34,106 nucleotides of DNA from a virus, in UHGV virus genome UHGV-0112930; one strand, given 5' to 3'. Position 1 is the stretch's first letter; every line of letters starts with the position of its first letter. The translations under genes and the position numbers were made by a program. Below the pieces are notes generated by a model that was not told the DNA's origin, made no database searches, and was given only the letters and a program-made list of their open reading frames with translations. Of this stretch, positions 25,265 through 34,106 are shown one piece after another.

Positions 25265-27679
25265 TTAATACAGGTTCCGCCACTTATCATCTTCCTGCAA
25301 ACGCTGGTTCCGATAGAAGATACGCAGGCCTGCTCCTGACGGAATACTGCCGCCGCGAAGGAGTAAATCGACCTCTTTCTCGCTGCCATCAAATCCTCTG
25401 GACTTCAGTTCATAGACGAGCTGCTGTCGTTGATGGTCTGTAATTCGCTGTTTGTAGTCTCTACGCCGTTTCGGTTTCACCAGGCGTAACCTTGCAGCCA
25501 GTTCCCGGCGCTCTTTTTTGTTCATACAGTGCAGGTAATCGTGCAACTCCTTGTCATCCATGCGGGTGATATCCGTTCTGGTATCCCCATCAGCTGATTT
25601 GTCTTTCCCTTGTTGGTACAAATTTTCAGCAAGGGGACAGTTATTGCCACGAGTCCAAGGGGCGCAAGCGCCCTGGTCGGCTACCGCCTCCTGAACGTCA
25701 ACGGCCTTACGAACCATTTTCCACTTCACTGCATGAGTGCAGATCTTGCCCTCTGCAATGGGTGACCAGATGCCATAAATACGAATGCCGTGATCGCCAT
25801 AGGCGGTCGGCTCTTCGTTGATTTCATAAGCGGTTCTGATAAGGTGATATTTACGGGGAACCAGTACGCCGCCCTGCTTCATGATGTAGGTGGCAAAACA
25901 ACCAGCATCAGCAGCAGCCAGGATGGCATCAAGGCGCGGGTCATCCAGTATCGGCGCACCTGCTTTTTTGTCACCCTGTTGCCTTGCCGCCTGACCAGCC
26001 AGCAAGCGAAGTTCACGGTAAGCCTGACGTCCCGGAATACCAAAGAAGCGGAACTGCTGAACACGATGCAGAGACGCCCAGGCATTAACGTATTCGGCGT
26101 TATCACGCAGGGATTTACCCGTTTCCTTGCTGATCTCGCCAGCCAGACCACGCCCGTCAATGTTCTTACTGATGTATTTCGCGATGTAGCTTGTCGGTGT
26201 TCCTTTGCGCGGGTTAATCAGCTCAGACTTAAAGCGTGGCCCCGTGTTGTTGCCCAGCTCCTCGCGGTCTACACGGATGGCAAACTTACGCAGTAATGCA
26301 GTGATGGCGCGGCGGTCTTTTTTACGCATGAAGCACATGAGATGCCAGTGCACAGTACCGTCATGGTGCGGCTCAGCCACCCGCACGCCATACCAGCGCA
26401 ACCCGGTTTTGTGCATTGCCTTACGAAATGCAGCAAACATGCCGACCATATAATCGCTGCTTTGTCTTACCGTCGCATTTGTCCAGGTCGGGTTGGGTCT
26501 GCCGTTGTTGAGCGTGGAATGGAAACGTGACGGACAGGTGATAGTGTAGAAAACGGCGCAGTCACCGCGCATTTCCGCGATAAGCTCCAGACCTTTAACA
26601 CAGGCCATCATCTCATTGCGGCGATGCGCAGGGTTGCTGCTGCTGGCGTTTACCACATCCTCCATGTCCAGCGTGTCGCCGTCTTCGTTCACCAGTTCAT
26701 GAGAACGGAAAAACTCCAGCGACTTACGGCGCTGCTCACGTTTATGCATCACGGCTTCATAGCTGACATAGGGAGATGCTTTTTTGCTGACCAGGCAGAC
26801 AGCACGCAACTGCTCTTCCCGCCATTCGCAACGCATCTTCCATAATTTCCGATACCACCAGTCGGCGCACAACATACGCGCCAGCGAACCCGGAATGAGT
26901 TCATAGGGCACGGGTTTACGGCGGTTTCTTTTCCGACGGAGTTGCTCAAACGCAGGTGGGATGACATCCAGACGCAGGGTTTCCGCCGCCACCTTTTCCC
27001 ATGTCTTGCGGATTTCTTCTGGCTTAACGTCATCGGTGGCATACAAATCGCCACAAGCTGCATCAAGGCACATGCTCATATGCGCAGCTACCAGGGTGGA
27101 CAGGCGTTTCACCTGATCCTGACTCATTTCAGGCAGGATCAGCAGGCCCTCCAGCCCTTGATGGCTTGCCATAAAACGGAAAGAAGCAGACAGCTGACTG
27201 TCACGTACACAATCCAGTCGCTCCAGACATGGCTTAATCGTCTCACGCAAATAGCGGGAATAAGCCTTTGGCCTGCCCAGGCTGCTGAAGTATTCGATAC
27301 GTTGCATCAGCGGCTTGCTAATATGGGTGGGCTGGGCGCTGACGTCCGCCAGAATGACCATGTCCGGGTTAAAACGCTGCTGTTCATGCGCCAGCTTTGC
27401 CCGGCTAATGAGCTTATCCTGCTCCATTTCGCGCTGGACAGGATCACGAGATTCATTAAAGAAATAACGCTCCCAGACCTGCTCACTCAGTGCATCGCGG
27501 CGCAGCTGTTCCTGCTCATTATCGGCAGCGTACAAAGTGATCAGGTTTAAAAGTGCAGACTCCGGAGCAACTTCCGCCGGGTCCAGATAAGGGTTAATGG
27601 CCTTTTTCGGGCCGTTCCATGAAAATGCTGCAGCGGCCTCGTTAAAGCCGCTAGAGTTGCTCATATCGTCATGACTCAT
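25265..27679 (-). CDS. A: Replication initiation endonuclease A (P2/186 gpA-like rolling-circle initiator)
   Basis: 804-aa ORF with HUH-type motif [11 protein letters not shown] and tyrosine pair [10 protein letters not shown]; translation recognised as P2/186 A-like. Confidence 0.9.
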   Translation of the reverse strand: MSHDDMSNSSGFNEAAAAFSWNGPKKAINPYLDPAEVAPESALLNLITLYAADNEQEQLRRDALSEQVWERYFFNESRDPVQREMEQDKLISRAKLAHEQQRFNPDMVILADVSAQPTHISKPLMQRIEYFSSLGRPKAYSRYLRETIKPCLERLDCVRDSQLSASFRFMASHQGLEGLLILPEMSQDQVKRLSTLVAAHMSMCLDAACGDLYATDDVKPEEIRKTWEKVAAETLRLDVIPPAFEQLRRKRNRRKPVPYELIPGSLARMLCADWWYRKLWKMRCEWREEQLRAVCLVSKKASPYVSYEAVMHKREQRRKSLEFFRSHELVNEDGDTLDMEDVVNASSSNPAHRRNEMMACVKGLELIAEMRGDCAVFYTITCPSRFHSTLNNGRPNPTWTNATVRQSSDYMVGMFAAFRKAMHKTGLRWYGVRVAEPHHDGTVHWHLMCFMRKKDRRAITALLRKFAIRVDREELGNNTGPRFKSELINPRKGTPTSYIAKYISKNIDGRGLAGEISKETGKSLRDNAEYVNAWASLHRVQQFRFFGIPGRQAYRELRLLAGQAARQQGDKKAGAPILDDPRLDAILAAADAGCFATYIMKQGGVLVPRKYHLIRTAYEINEEPTAYGDHGIRIYGIWSPIAEGKICTHAVKWKMVRKAVDVQEAVADQGACAPWTRGNNCPLAENLYQQGKDKSADGDTRTDITRMDDKELHDYLHCMNKKERRELAARLRLVKPKRRRDYKQRITDHQRQQLVYELKSRGFDGSEKEVDLLLRGGSIPSGAGLRIFYRNQRLQEDDKWRNLY

Positions 27680-28533
27680 ACACGCACCTCGTACACAGCA
27701 GAACTATCCACGCCACACGAAGGATCAAATCCCACCCAGCAGCGCGCCCCGGAAACAGCAATGATTTCTGTTGCAGATTTACTCTCGCCAGCCGACACGC
27801 CGATGCTGCGTTTTGCCTTGATGTAGTGGTGAGTGAAATTTCGATACAGCGAACGGATCAGGGATGTGTCACTGTTAGAAACAATGACTGGATGACCTTC
27901 TGATGATCGATATTCAAGAACAGATGCCAGGTGATACTGGTCATCTTCAGTGAAGCCGTCAGTGTGATAGCCGGAAAACGTACCGTCATAAGGCGGATCG
28001 CAATACACCACATCCCCCACCTGCAGCATCGCCAGCGTTTCATCAAAGCTGGCGCAGATAAACGTTGCTCGCTGGGCTTTCTCTGCAAATGCGCGAATTT
28101 CTTTTTCAGGGAAATACGGATTTTTATAATTACCGTATGGAATGTTGAAATGCCCGCTCTTGTTATAACGACATAACCCACGGTAACCATGACGATTGAG
28201 ATACAGGAAATATACCGCTTTCATGAAATCAGTAATTTCAGTGGAGTAATTAAACTCCTGCCTTATGTTGTAATAAGCCACCTCCCTGTTTGCTTCCTCA
28301 AATAAAGCTCTGGCACGAGATATAAACGCCTCGCAATCAGCAGCAACCTTTTTATAGAGGTTGATTAAATCAGGATTAATATCCGCAACAAGATAGCTGG
28401 GGTAATCCGTCTCCATCATCACAGCACAGGAACCCGCGAAAGGTTCAACCAGTCGCGGGCCAGCAGGAAGATGTTTTTTCAGTTCGGACATAATGGCAGT
28501 TTTATTACCCGCCCATTTCAGGATGGTGCTCAT
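27676..28533 (-). CDS. DNA adenine methyltransferase (Dam-like, N6-adenine MTase)
   Basis: Motifs [32 protein letters not shown]; strong resemblance to E. coli Dam. Start taken at [11 protein letters not shown]; stop overlaps the A start by 4 nt. Confidence 0.85.
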
Positions 28534-28832
28534 ACAGCACCTCCTGCAATAACATATCCTAAAGCTTCTAATGGGGTTAATGGGCGAATTGATAGCATCA
28601 CCCATTGTTCTGAAACTGCCATGACGTCATTAACCGGAAGCACATGAGAGATAACAGCGGCCCATTCCCTACCCGTAAATACGCCATGCTTCCATTCGCA
28701 AAGAGAAAGAACATCACCAACTTTATAACCACGATCGTCTTTACGAAGTTCAGCCGTCTTTTGACCTGCAACCACAGCGTTGAAATACTTAGGTGCAATT
28801 TTTAATTGATGGATACGCACTGCCCTTGTCAT
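28530..28832 (-). CDS. DUF3850 / ASCH-like small protein
   Basis: [47 protein letters not shown] matches the remembered DUF3850 pattern; start taken at the internal ATG. Confidence 0.6.
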
Positions 28833-29056
28833 ACAGCACCTCCGTTGTAATGTTTGCCTTTCAGCTCTGCGATTTCCTGGCAGGTAATGCAAAGCTGCAC
28901 TCCCGGAATGGCGCGGCGTCGTGCTGGCGGAATTGGCGCTTCACACTCAATGCAAAGCACACGAGACACGCCCGGTGTTTTGGCACGGGCAGCACGAATA
29001 TGGCGCTGGCGTTCTTCTTCAACGCGCTGCTGTACGAGATCCATTGCATCAGCCAT
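28829..29056 (-). CDS. TraR/DksA-family C4 zinc-finger protein
   Basis: 75-aa ORF with CIECEAPIP...CITCQ (Cys-x2-Cys ... Cys-x2-Cys). Confidence 0.8.
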
Positions 29057-29295
29057 TAGTGGATCTCCTGCGCTTCGTTCTGGATTGCTTCAGCAGTTAC
29101 ACGCAGCAGTTCTGCCGCTTCGACGTGGTTTAGCTGGCTGGATGTGATATGACACGCCAGGCTATCAAGGCGAGCTGCCATTGCTTCAGCCCTTGCCCGG
29201 CGTTCTTCCAGACGAGCCTCTGTCAGTAAAATATTAAGCCCTGCGTCGTCCGGTCCGGTTTTAGTCGTGAGGGTTTCAATATTACGCATAATCAA
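29056..29295 (-). CDS. Hypothetical early-operon protein (79 aa)
   Basis: ORF in the early operon between cII and A; Ala/Glu-rich helical sequence. Confidence 0.5.
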   Translation of the reverse strand: MIMRNIETLTTKTGPDDAGLNILLTEARLEERRARAEAMAARLDSLACHITSSQLNHVEAAELLRVTAEAIQNEAQEIH

Positions 29296-29356
29296 TTCTC
29301 CTGAATTTAGATAAAGGGATGCCCGGCGGGTTTACGCCATGATTTTCATTAATTGG

Positions 29357-29698
29357 TTAATTCGGCATGGTTAGCCGTCTGGGAAATAAGCTCACCACTG
29401 CACGAAAATGATTCATTGCTTTAATCAGCTCCCGCTTTTCGTCAGTGGTCAGCTCATTAATGCTGATGCTATGACGTTCAGCTGGAATTTTTGCCATAAA
29501 GAATATGGCAGCCAGTGCTCGTTTATTTTGTTCGTTATTGATATCCCGTGGATCACGCATATCTTTAATAAACCGCTCAAGCTCTGACTCAATATTCAGG
29601 CCAAATACTTTCGCCCTTAACTCCGCAATGTGATTAAGTCCATTCAGGCGTTCACCGGGGCTTAATGGAACAGTAGCCGCAGCGCCATTAATTGCCAT
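29357..29698 (-). CDS. Hypothetical early-operon protein (113 aa)
   Basis: ORF in the early operon; no recognised motifs. Confidence 0.5.
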   Translation of the reverse strand: MAINGAAATVPLSPGERLNGLNHIAELRAKVFGLNIESELERFIKDMRDPRDINNEQNKRALAAIFFMAKIPAERHSISINELTTDEKRELIKAMNHFRAVVSLFPRRLTMPN

Positions 29699-29720
29699 AA
29701 TTCATATCCCCAAAACGCAA

Positions 29721-29945
29721 CTATCGTTCTTTGTTCTTACGGTAACGTTCAAGAGGAGATACATTTTTTCGTATCGTCTCTTTAACCTGCTCTCCCCGTA
29801 AAAACGTCCCATCCCTTAGCGTGAAAAAGTAACTGCCATCGCCCGACAACGACGGATAACAACAGAGCAAATCATCTTCAGGTACTGAATAACTCTCCCC
29901 TCTGTAACGAAACTGATAAACCACTTCACTTTCTGCCGCATACAT
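29721..29945 (-). CDS. Hypothetical early-operon protein (74 aa)
   Basis: Protein-like sequence MYAAESEVVYQFRYRGESYSV...; overlaps the neighbouring ORF by about 130 nt in another frame. Confidence 0.4.
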   Translation of the reverse strand: MYAAESEVVYQFRYRGESYSVPEDDLLCCYPSLSGDGSYFFTLRDGTFLRGEQVKETIRKNVSPLERYRKNKER

Positions 29946-30112
29946 TTGGACTTTCTCCGTTTCCTCGTGGTCAATTCAGACAGCAATTCATCTTGTGAAT
30001 GACATGGATGCCAGCGTTTTCCATCCTCACCCGTGATCCAGCCGTGACCGTAGTGCATTGCCGGGCTTTGTTTTACCAGCAGCGATGCAAATGATGGTTC
30101 TTTCGTCAGCAT
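29816..30112 (-). CDS. Hypothetical early-operon protein (start MLTKEP...), possibly in the position of 186 fil/dhr
   Basis: ORF starting right after the cII stop. The N-terminal half looks protein-like; the C-terminal half (RRKSKCMRQKVKWFISF...) looks like out-of-frame read-through. Confidence 0.35.
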   Translation of the reverse strand: MLTKEPSFASLLVKQSPAMHYGHGWITGEDGKRWHPCHSQDELLSELTTRKRRKSKCMRQKVKWFISFVTEGRVIQYLKMICSVVIRRCRAMAVTFSR

Positions 30113-30119
30113 AAGCACC

Positions 30120-30638
30120 TCACAGCAAACCGAATGAAGCACCGAGGCCAGTCACGGTATCAACTGCACTCGCCATCGCAGGATTAGCCTGTAAACGGGC
30201 CTGCAATGAAACAGCAGCCAGCGCCATCAGTCGTGTTACAGAGTTAATGCTGCTGATAGCATCACGACGACCGGCACTAGTTTTTACATCACCAGATACC
30301 GCACCTGCTGCAACACGTCCGATCTCTGCAGTTGCGCTCATGACGTAATGCGGCAGTTTCTCTTTTGCAACCTCATTAATCGGTACACATGGCAGGCAGT
30401 GAATCTGTGCCAGAAAACCATCTACCAGCGTTGAATCTTCAGTCAGATCGGTAAGCAGCCAGATTTCTGGTGCGGTTAATAAATGAGGTTGAGATGGGTT
30501 CAGCTTGTTCCGCAGAATCTGCACATTCATGCCAGCACGTTCTGCCAGTTGCACCAGATTGTGGCGCAGTGCGAATGCACGACAGGCTTCATCAAAATGT
30601 GGATGTTTGGAAACTTGGTAATCAAACATGGTTTTCAA
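30120..30638 (-). CDS. cII: CII-like lysogeny-establishment regulator (phage 186 CII family)
   Basis: [48 protein letters not shown]... resembles 186 CII as remembered; second gene of the lytic early operon after apl. Confidence 0.7.
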   Translation of the reverse strand: MKTMFDYQVSKHPHFDEACRAFALRHNLVQLAERAGMNVQILRNKLNPSQPHLLTAPEIWLLTDLTEDSTLVDGFLAQIHCLPCVPINEVAKEKLPHYVMSATAEIGRVAAGAVSGDVKTSAGRRDAISSINSVTRLMALAAVSLQARLQANPAMASAVDTVTGLGASFGLL

Positions 30639-30693
30639 CTCCGAACTTATCGCAAAATCGAACTCAGCGTCTTATTGCGAAAATAGACGTCTA

Positions 30694-30897
30694 TTAAGCA
30701 GACAAAGCATCAACAGTCAGAGCAGCCAGGTTAATCATTACCTTTTCACGTTTTTTGTCTTTACGAAGACGATGACGAGGTAGTCGGCCATCAGCCAACA
30801 TGTCGTTAATCGTATCAATAGAAAGGCCTGTCAGTTCGCTATAACGTTCGATTGTGACATGTGGTGTATTCAGAGTAATTGAAATGTTAGGTGTCAT
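30694..30897 (-). CDS. apl: Apl/Cox-like excisionase-repressor (small HTH protein)
   Basis: 67-aa ORF, first gene of the early lytic operon, divergent from cI; basic C-terminus. Confidence 0.65.
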   Translation of the reverse strand: MTPNISITLNTPHVTIERYSELTGLSIDTINDMLADGRLPRHRLRKDKKREKVMINLAALTVDALSA

Positions 30898-31042
30898 AAG
30901 GCAACATTCCTTCTAGATATGGCTTGTGGCGAGCCGTTGTTTGTCGTGATTAGTAGTGAAGGCTCCAAAAGAACACTTCTGGTTCAACTTTAAGATCGCT
31001 TTTGGAATCTGTCAACGAATTTTGGATTTCTTTGGAGGACTC

Positions 31043-31612
31043 GTGGATTTCAATAGCGGCGGTAAGAAAGCCATAGAACGTTTAGTTGAAGCATATGGGT
31101 TCGGTACCCGTCAGGCTCTCTGTGATCATTTAGGTGTTTCTAAGAGCACCATGGCAACGCGCTATATGCGTGATATTTTTCCAGCAGATTGGGTAATCCA
31201 GTGCGCCCTTGAAACGGGCACCTCGCTTAATTGGCTAACAACAGGGCATGGTTCAAAGCAAGCATCAGCAAATACAAATACTATAGAAGTAGAAAAATAT
31301 TTATTGTCTGATGGAGCATTGCAGAAAGACGGTTTTTATATTTTTGATAAGGGATTTCTACCCTCTACGTTTAAAAAACCTTTTGTCATCACAGATAACA
31401 ATTCTGAATTTATTTGTGATAAAGAATTTGATGATATACGTGATGGTAAATGGGTAATAAGTATTGATGGCGAAATAACGATCCGTGACATTACTCGTTT
31501 ACCCGGTGGAAGAATCTTCGTCGAGGGTGGAAACAGAGCCTTCGAATGCAAGATAGAAGACATTGAAATAATTGGTAAAATTATAAGTTTAACAGTCAAG
31601 TATGTTAAATAG
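31043..31612 (+). CDS. cI: CI immunity repressor (186 CI-like)
   Basis: ...ERLVEAYGFGTRQALCDHLGVSKSTMATRYMRDIFPADWVIQCALETGTSLNWLTTGHG... resembles 186 CI as remembered. Start proposed at GTG 31043, preceded by GGAGGA; the ORF-track ATG at 30956 would leave no room for operators. Confidence 0.75.
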   Translation: MDFNSGGKKAIERLVEAYGFGTRQALCDHLGVSKSTMATRYMRDIFPADWVIQCALETGTSLNWLTTGHGSKQASANTNTIEVEKYLLSDGALQKDGFYIFDKGFLPSTFKKPFVITDNNSEFICDKEFDDIRDGKWVISIDGEITIRDITRLPGGRIFVEGGNRAFECKIEDIEIIGKIISLTVKYVK

Positions 31613-31627
31613 TACCGGGAGGAAACT

Positions 31628-31819
31628 ATGCTTGGTAAGGTATTTTTTGTGGTTTTGTCATGTTCTTTGTTATTAAACCCACTAACTACCTATGCTAGAA
31701 ATTATCCCTGCTCAGGGAAAAAGGGAGGTGTTTCTCACTGTACCTCAGATGGCAAATTCGTTTGCAATGATGGAACTATTAGTAAATCCAAAAAAATCTG
31801 TACTAAAAACTCACGATAA
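31628..31819 (+). CDS. Small exported Cys-rich peptide (63 aa) between cI and int
   Basis: Signal-peptide-like N-terminus [23 protein letters not shown]; the mature part has 5 Cys and is Lys-rich; AT-rich. Confidence 0.5.
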   Translation: MLGKVFFVVLSCSLLLNPLTTYARNYPCSGKKGGVSHCTSDGKFVCNDGTISKSKKICTKNSR

Positions 31820-32007
31820 CTTTTGCTTTTATATCTGCGTCTAAAATAAAAATGAGCCGCAGGTTAACCGCAAAAGTTACATGCTCACATAGCAAAAAGA
31901 ATAGCCAACTTCATTATGGCTTCAGTGAGATGTATGGTCGTAGGATTTCATACATTGACACTGGTTATACATACAGTAAAAATGCTCTCTACTGGAGGGC
32001 ATCTTTT

Positions 32008-33039
32008 ATGGCAGTACGAAAACTCACCACAGGGAAATGGCTTTGCGAATGTTACCCCGCCGGACGAAGTGGGCGTCGTGTGCGTAAACAATTCGCCACC
32101 AAAGGCGAAGCTCTGGCTTTTGAGCGTCACACGATGGAAGAAACCGAATCAAAGCCCTGGCTGGGCGAATCAGTGAATCGTCGAACCCTGAAAGACGTGG
32201 TTGAGCTATGGTTCAAACTACATGGTAAATCTCTGACTGCTGGACAGCATGTCTATGACAAATTGCTGCTGATGGTTGACGCCCTAGGCAATCCTCTTGC
32301 AACCGATCTCACCTCTAAAATGTTTGCCCACTATCGAGATAAACGCCTGACAGGCGAGATCTACTTCAGCGAGAAATGGAAGAAAGGAGCAAGCCCGGTC
32401 ACCATTAACCTGGAGCAAAGCTATCTAAGTAGTGTTTTTAGCGAACTATCCCGTCTGGGCGCATGGTCGTATCCGAACCCACTGGAGAACATGCGATAAT
32501 TCACCATCGCAGAAAAAGAGATGGCATGGCTTACCCATGAGCAGATTGTTGAATTACTGGCTGATTGCAAACGTCAGGACCCAATTCTGGCACTGGTAGT
32601 TAAGATATGCTTAAGCACAGGCGCACGCTGGCGTGAAGCCGTAAATCTTACCCGCTCACAGGTGACTAAATACCGAATTACCTTTGTCAGAACGAAGGGG
32701 AAGAAAAACAGAAGCATCCCTATCAGTAAAGAGCTTTACGAAGAGATCATGGCGCTTGATGGGTTCAATTTCTTCACAGACTGCTATTTTCAATTTTTAT
32801 CCGTGATGGAAAAAACGTCTATCGTGCTCCCTCGCGGTCAACTGACACACGTTCTGCGCCATACGTTTGCGGCGCATTTCATGATGTCGGGTGGAAATAT
32901 CCTTGCTTTGCAAAAAATCCTCGGACATCACGACATAAAAATGACCATGCGTTACGCACATCTGGCACCGGATCACCTGGAAACTGCATTACGGTTTAAT
33001 CCGCTGGCAACACTACCAACATCAACAGCAACTGTTTGA
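32008..33039 (+). pseudogene. int: Tyrosine integrase (P2/186 family) interrupted by an in-frame TAA
   Basis: N-terminal part MAVRKLTTGKWLCECYPAGRSGRRVRKQFATKGEALAFERH... ends at TAA 32497..32499. The same frame continues seven codons later with MAWLTHEQIVELL... through a catalytic region with ...HVLRHTFAAHFMMSGGNILALQKILGHHDIKMTMRYAHL. Confidence 0.7.
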
Positions 33040-33099
33040 AAATGCGTGTTCTGCCCTATTGAGCTAATATTCTTTTTTCTTTCACATGGAGCACGACCA

Positions 33100-33369
33100 A
33101 TGAATGAGTTACAGCATCAGGGAGCTGAGCTACGCAACAAAGCCAAAGAATTGGCTTTATCCGTACTCAGAACTCACCCAGATGGTCAAAAAAACGGTAA
33201 AGGGGTTAAACAAGCTGAAGTATTTCGCCTTAGTGGCCTAGATTGGGGAGAAAAACGAAAAGCAACAAGTTCGAACCAACAATATTGGGTTGTTGCGTTA
33301 TTGCGTGAACTAGAAGACGAAGGTTTAGTCGAGCAGGTTGAAGAAAAAGGGCCATGGCGTCTAAGGTAA
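33100..33369 (+). CDS. Hypothetical protein (89 aa) downstream of int
   Basis: Start taken at MNELQHQGAELRNKAKE...; AT-rich; followed by a plus-strand terminator, so probably part of the phage cI-int transcription unit. Confidence 0.5.
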   Translation: MNELQHQGAELRNKAKELALSVLRTHPDGQKNGKGVKQAEVFRLSGLDWGEKRKATSSNQQYWVVALLRELEDEGLVEQVEEKGPWRLR

Positions 33370-33438
33370 AACAAGTGGCGACAAAGTGGCGGCAGCGGTT
33401 GGCATTACCCCGTAATAACCACCACTGACCACCAACCC

Positions 33439-33470
33439 AACTTATTGTTTTTACTCTAACTTATTGTTTT
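33439..33470. repeat. Two copies of a 13-bp direct repeat (aacttattgtttt) near the prophage end, possible integrase arm sites
   Basis: Exact 13-nt repeat at 33439..33451 and 33458..33470. Confidence 0.35.
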
Positions 33471-33474
33471 CATT

Positions 33475-33500
33475 AACCCGTTTACATAAATGGGTTTTTT
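33475..33500 (+). terminator. Rho-independent terminator ending the int-side transcription unit
   Basis: Hairpin aacccgtt-tacata-aatgggtt (8 bp including one G-U pair) followed by TTTTTT. Confidence 0.5.
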
Positions 33501-33519
33501 GTTGCCTGAAATTTATCTA

Positions 33520-34056
33520 CTACCCAGCAATCCTCTCAACCATCCTCAAAATCTCCTCGCGTGATAGCGGCTTACGGTCGGTGACAAAATGCAGCGTCAT
33601 CCCCTCAATAAACGCATCAAGCGCGCGGGCGGTTCCGGGTTCAAACCATTGTTCGAGCGTTTGTTGACTGCGCTGCATCCAGTTTTGCATTACCGTTTTT
33701 AAGAGCGGTTTTCGGCTAGCCAGCGCGTAGAGCTGGTACATCAGCTCCATATTATCCGGCGTTGCGACCTGTGAGCTGTAGATCATATCGGTGATAGCCT
33801 GGCATGCGCCTGGAGCATCACTAACATCGCTAAAAAATGCCTGATATTGCCGGGACATGATCTCAGTAAAACGGCTGAACGCCTCCAGCAACAACTCATC
33901 AATTCCTGAAAAATAGTAGGTCATCGATCCCAACGGCACCCCGGCAAGGGCAGCAATTTTGCGGTGTGTAACAGCATGTATTCCGTAAAGTTTCACCGCC
34001 TCCAGCGTGGCCTGGATAATTTTTTCTCGCCGTTGCGGATCGTTAGCGCGACGCAT
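33520..34056 (-). CDS. TetR-family transcriptional regulator, probable host chromosomal gene (RcdA/YbjK-like)
   Basis: N-terminal TetR HTH ...[42 protein letters not shown]...; start taken at MRRANDPQ; the RcdA/YbjK assignment rests on memory only. Confidence 0.75.
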   Translation of the reverse strand: MRRANDPQRREKIIQATLEAVKLYGIHAVTHRKIAALAGVPLGSMTYYFSGIDELLLEAFSRFTEIMSRQYQAFFSDVSDAPGACQAITDMIYSSQVATPDNMELMYQLYALASRKPLLKTVMQNWMQRSQQTLEQWFEPGTARALDAFIEGMTLHFVTDRKPLSREEILRMVERIAG

Positions 34057-34077
34057 GTCATTTCCTCTCTCTGCAAT

Positions 34078-34095
34078 TGTGTACAAATGTACACA
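34078..34095. promoter_or_regulatory. Perfect palindromic candidate operator upstream of the TetR-family gene
   Basis: TGTGTACA-AA-TGTACACA, 22 bp upstream of the TetR start codon. Confidence 0.4.
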
Positions 34096-34106
34096 GTCTT
34101 GCTAAT

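Noticed and set aside
25790-27550. ORFs inside or antisense to replication gene A (25790..26296, 26942..27550 and others)
   Set aside because: They overlap the A coding sequence, which carries HUH and tyrosine motifs in its own frame; judged spurious.
31852-32007. First 52 codons of the 31852..32499 ORF as part of the integrase
   Set aside because: P2-family integrases begin at the MAVRKL... motif; the upstream extension is in frame by chance and has no integrase-like sequence.
1-34106. CRISPR arrays, tRNA or rRNA genes, IS elements
   Set aside because: No regularly spaced direct repeats, cloverleaf-like tRNA candidates or transposase-like ORFs were seen by eye; a tRNAscan or CRISPR-finder run would be needed to exclude small RNA genes.

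Overview
The window is a near-complete P2/186-like (Peduovirinae) prophage of an enterobacterium, running from tail gene D at the left to the integrase and host junction at the right; ogr and attR lie outside it. The minus strand carries the full late-gene set in P2 order (D-U-T-E/E'-FII-FI ... H-I-J-W-V-S-R-lysis cassette-X-L-M-N-O), with P-Q divergent on the plus strand. Three perfect TGT-N12-ACA Ogr-type boxes sit upstream of FI, V and the O/P divergent region. Where P2 has Z/fun, this phage has a Pin/Gin-family invertase and a ~1.86 kb invertible tail-fibre segment. The early region is 186-like (cI, apl, cII, replication gene A, Dam-like methyltransferase, TraR-like protein), and the integrase is interrupted by an in-frame TAA. 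The main novelty candidates are AT-rich cargo around the cos site: a 582-aa uncharacterised protein inserted between Q and cos, a 225-aa lipoprotein, and a LexA-box-controlled two-gene module ending in a DinI-like protein. All protein identifications are from reading the translations against remembered family features; no database search was run.
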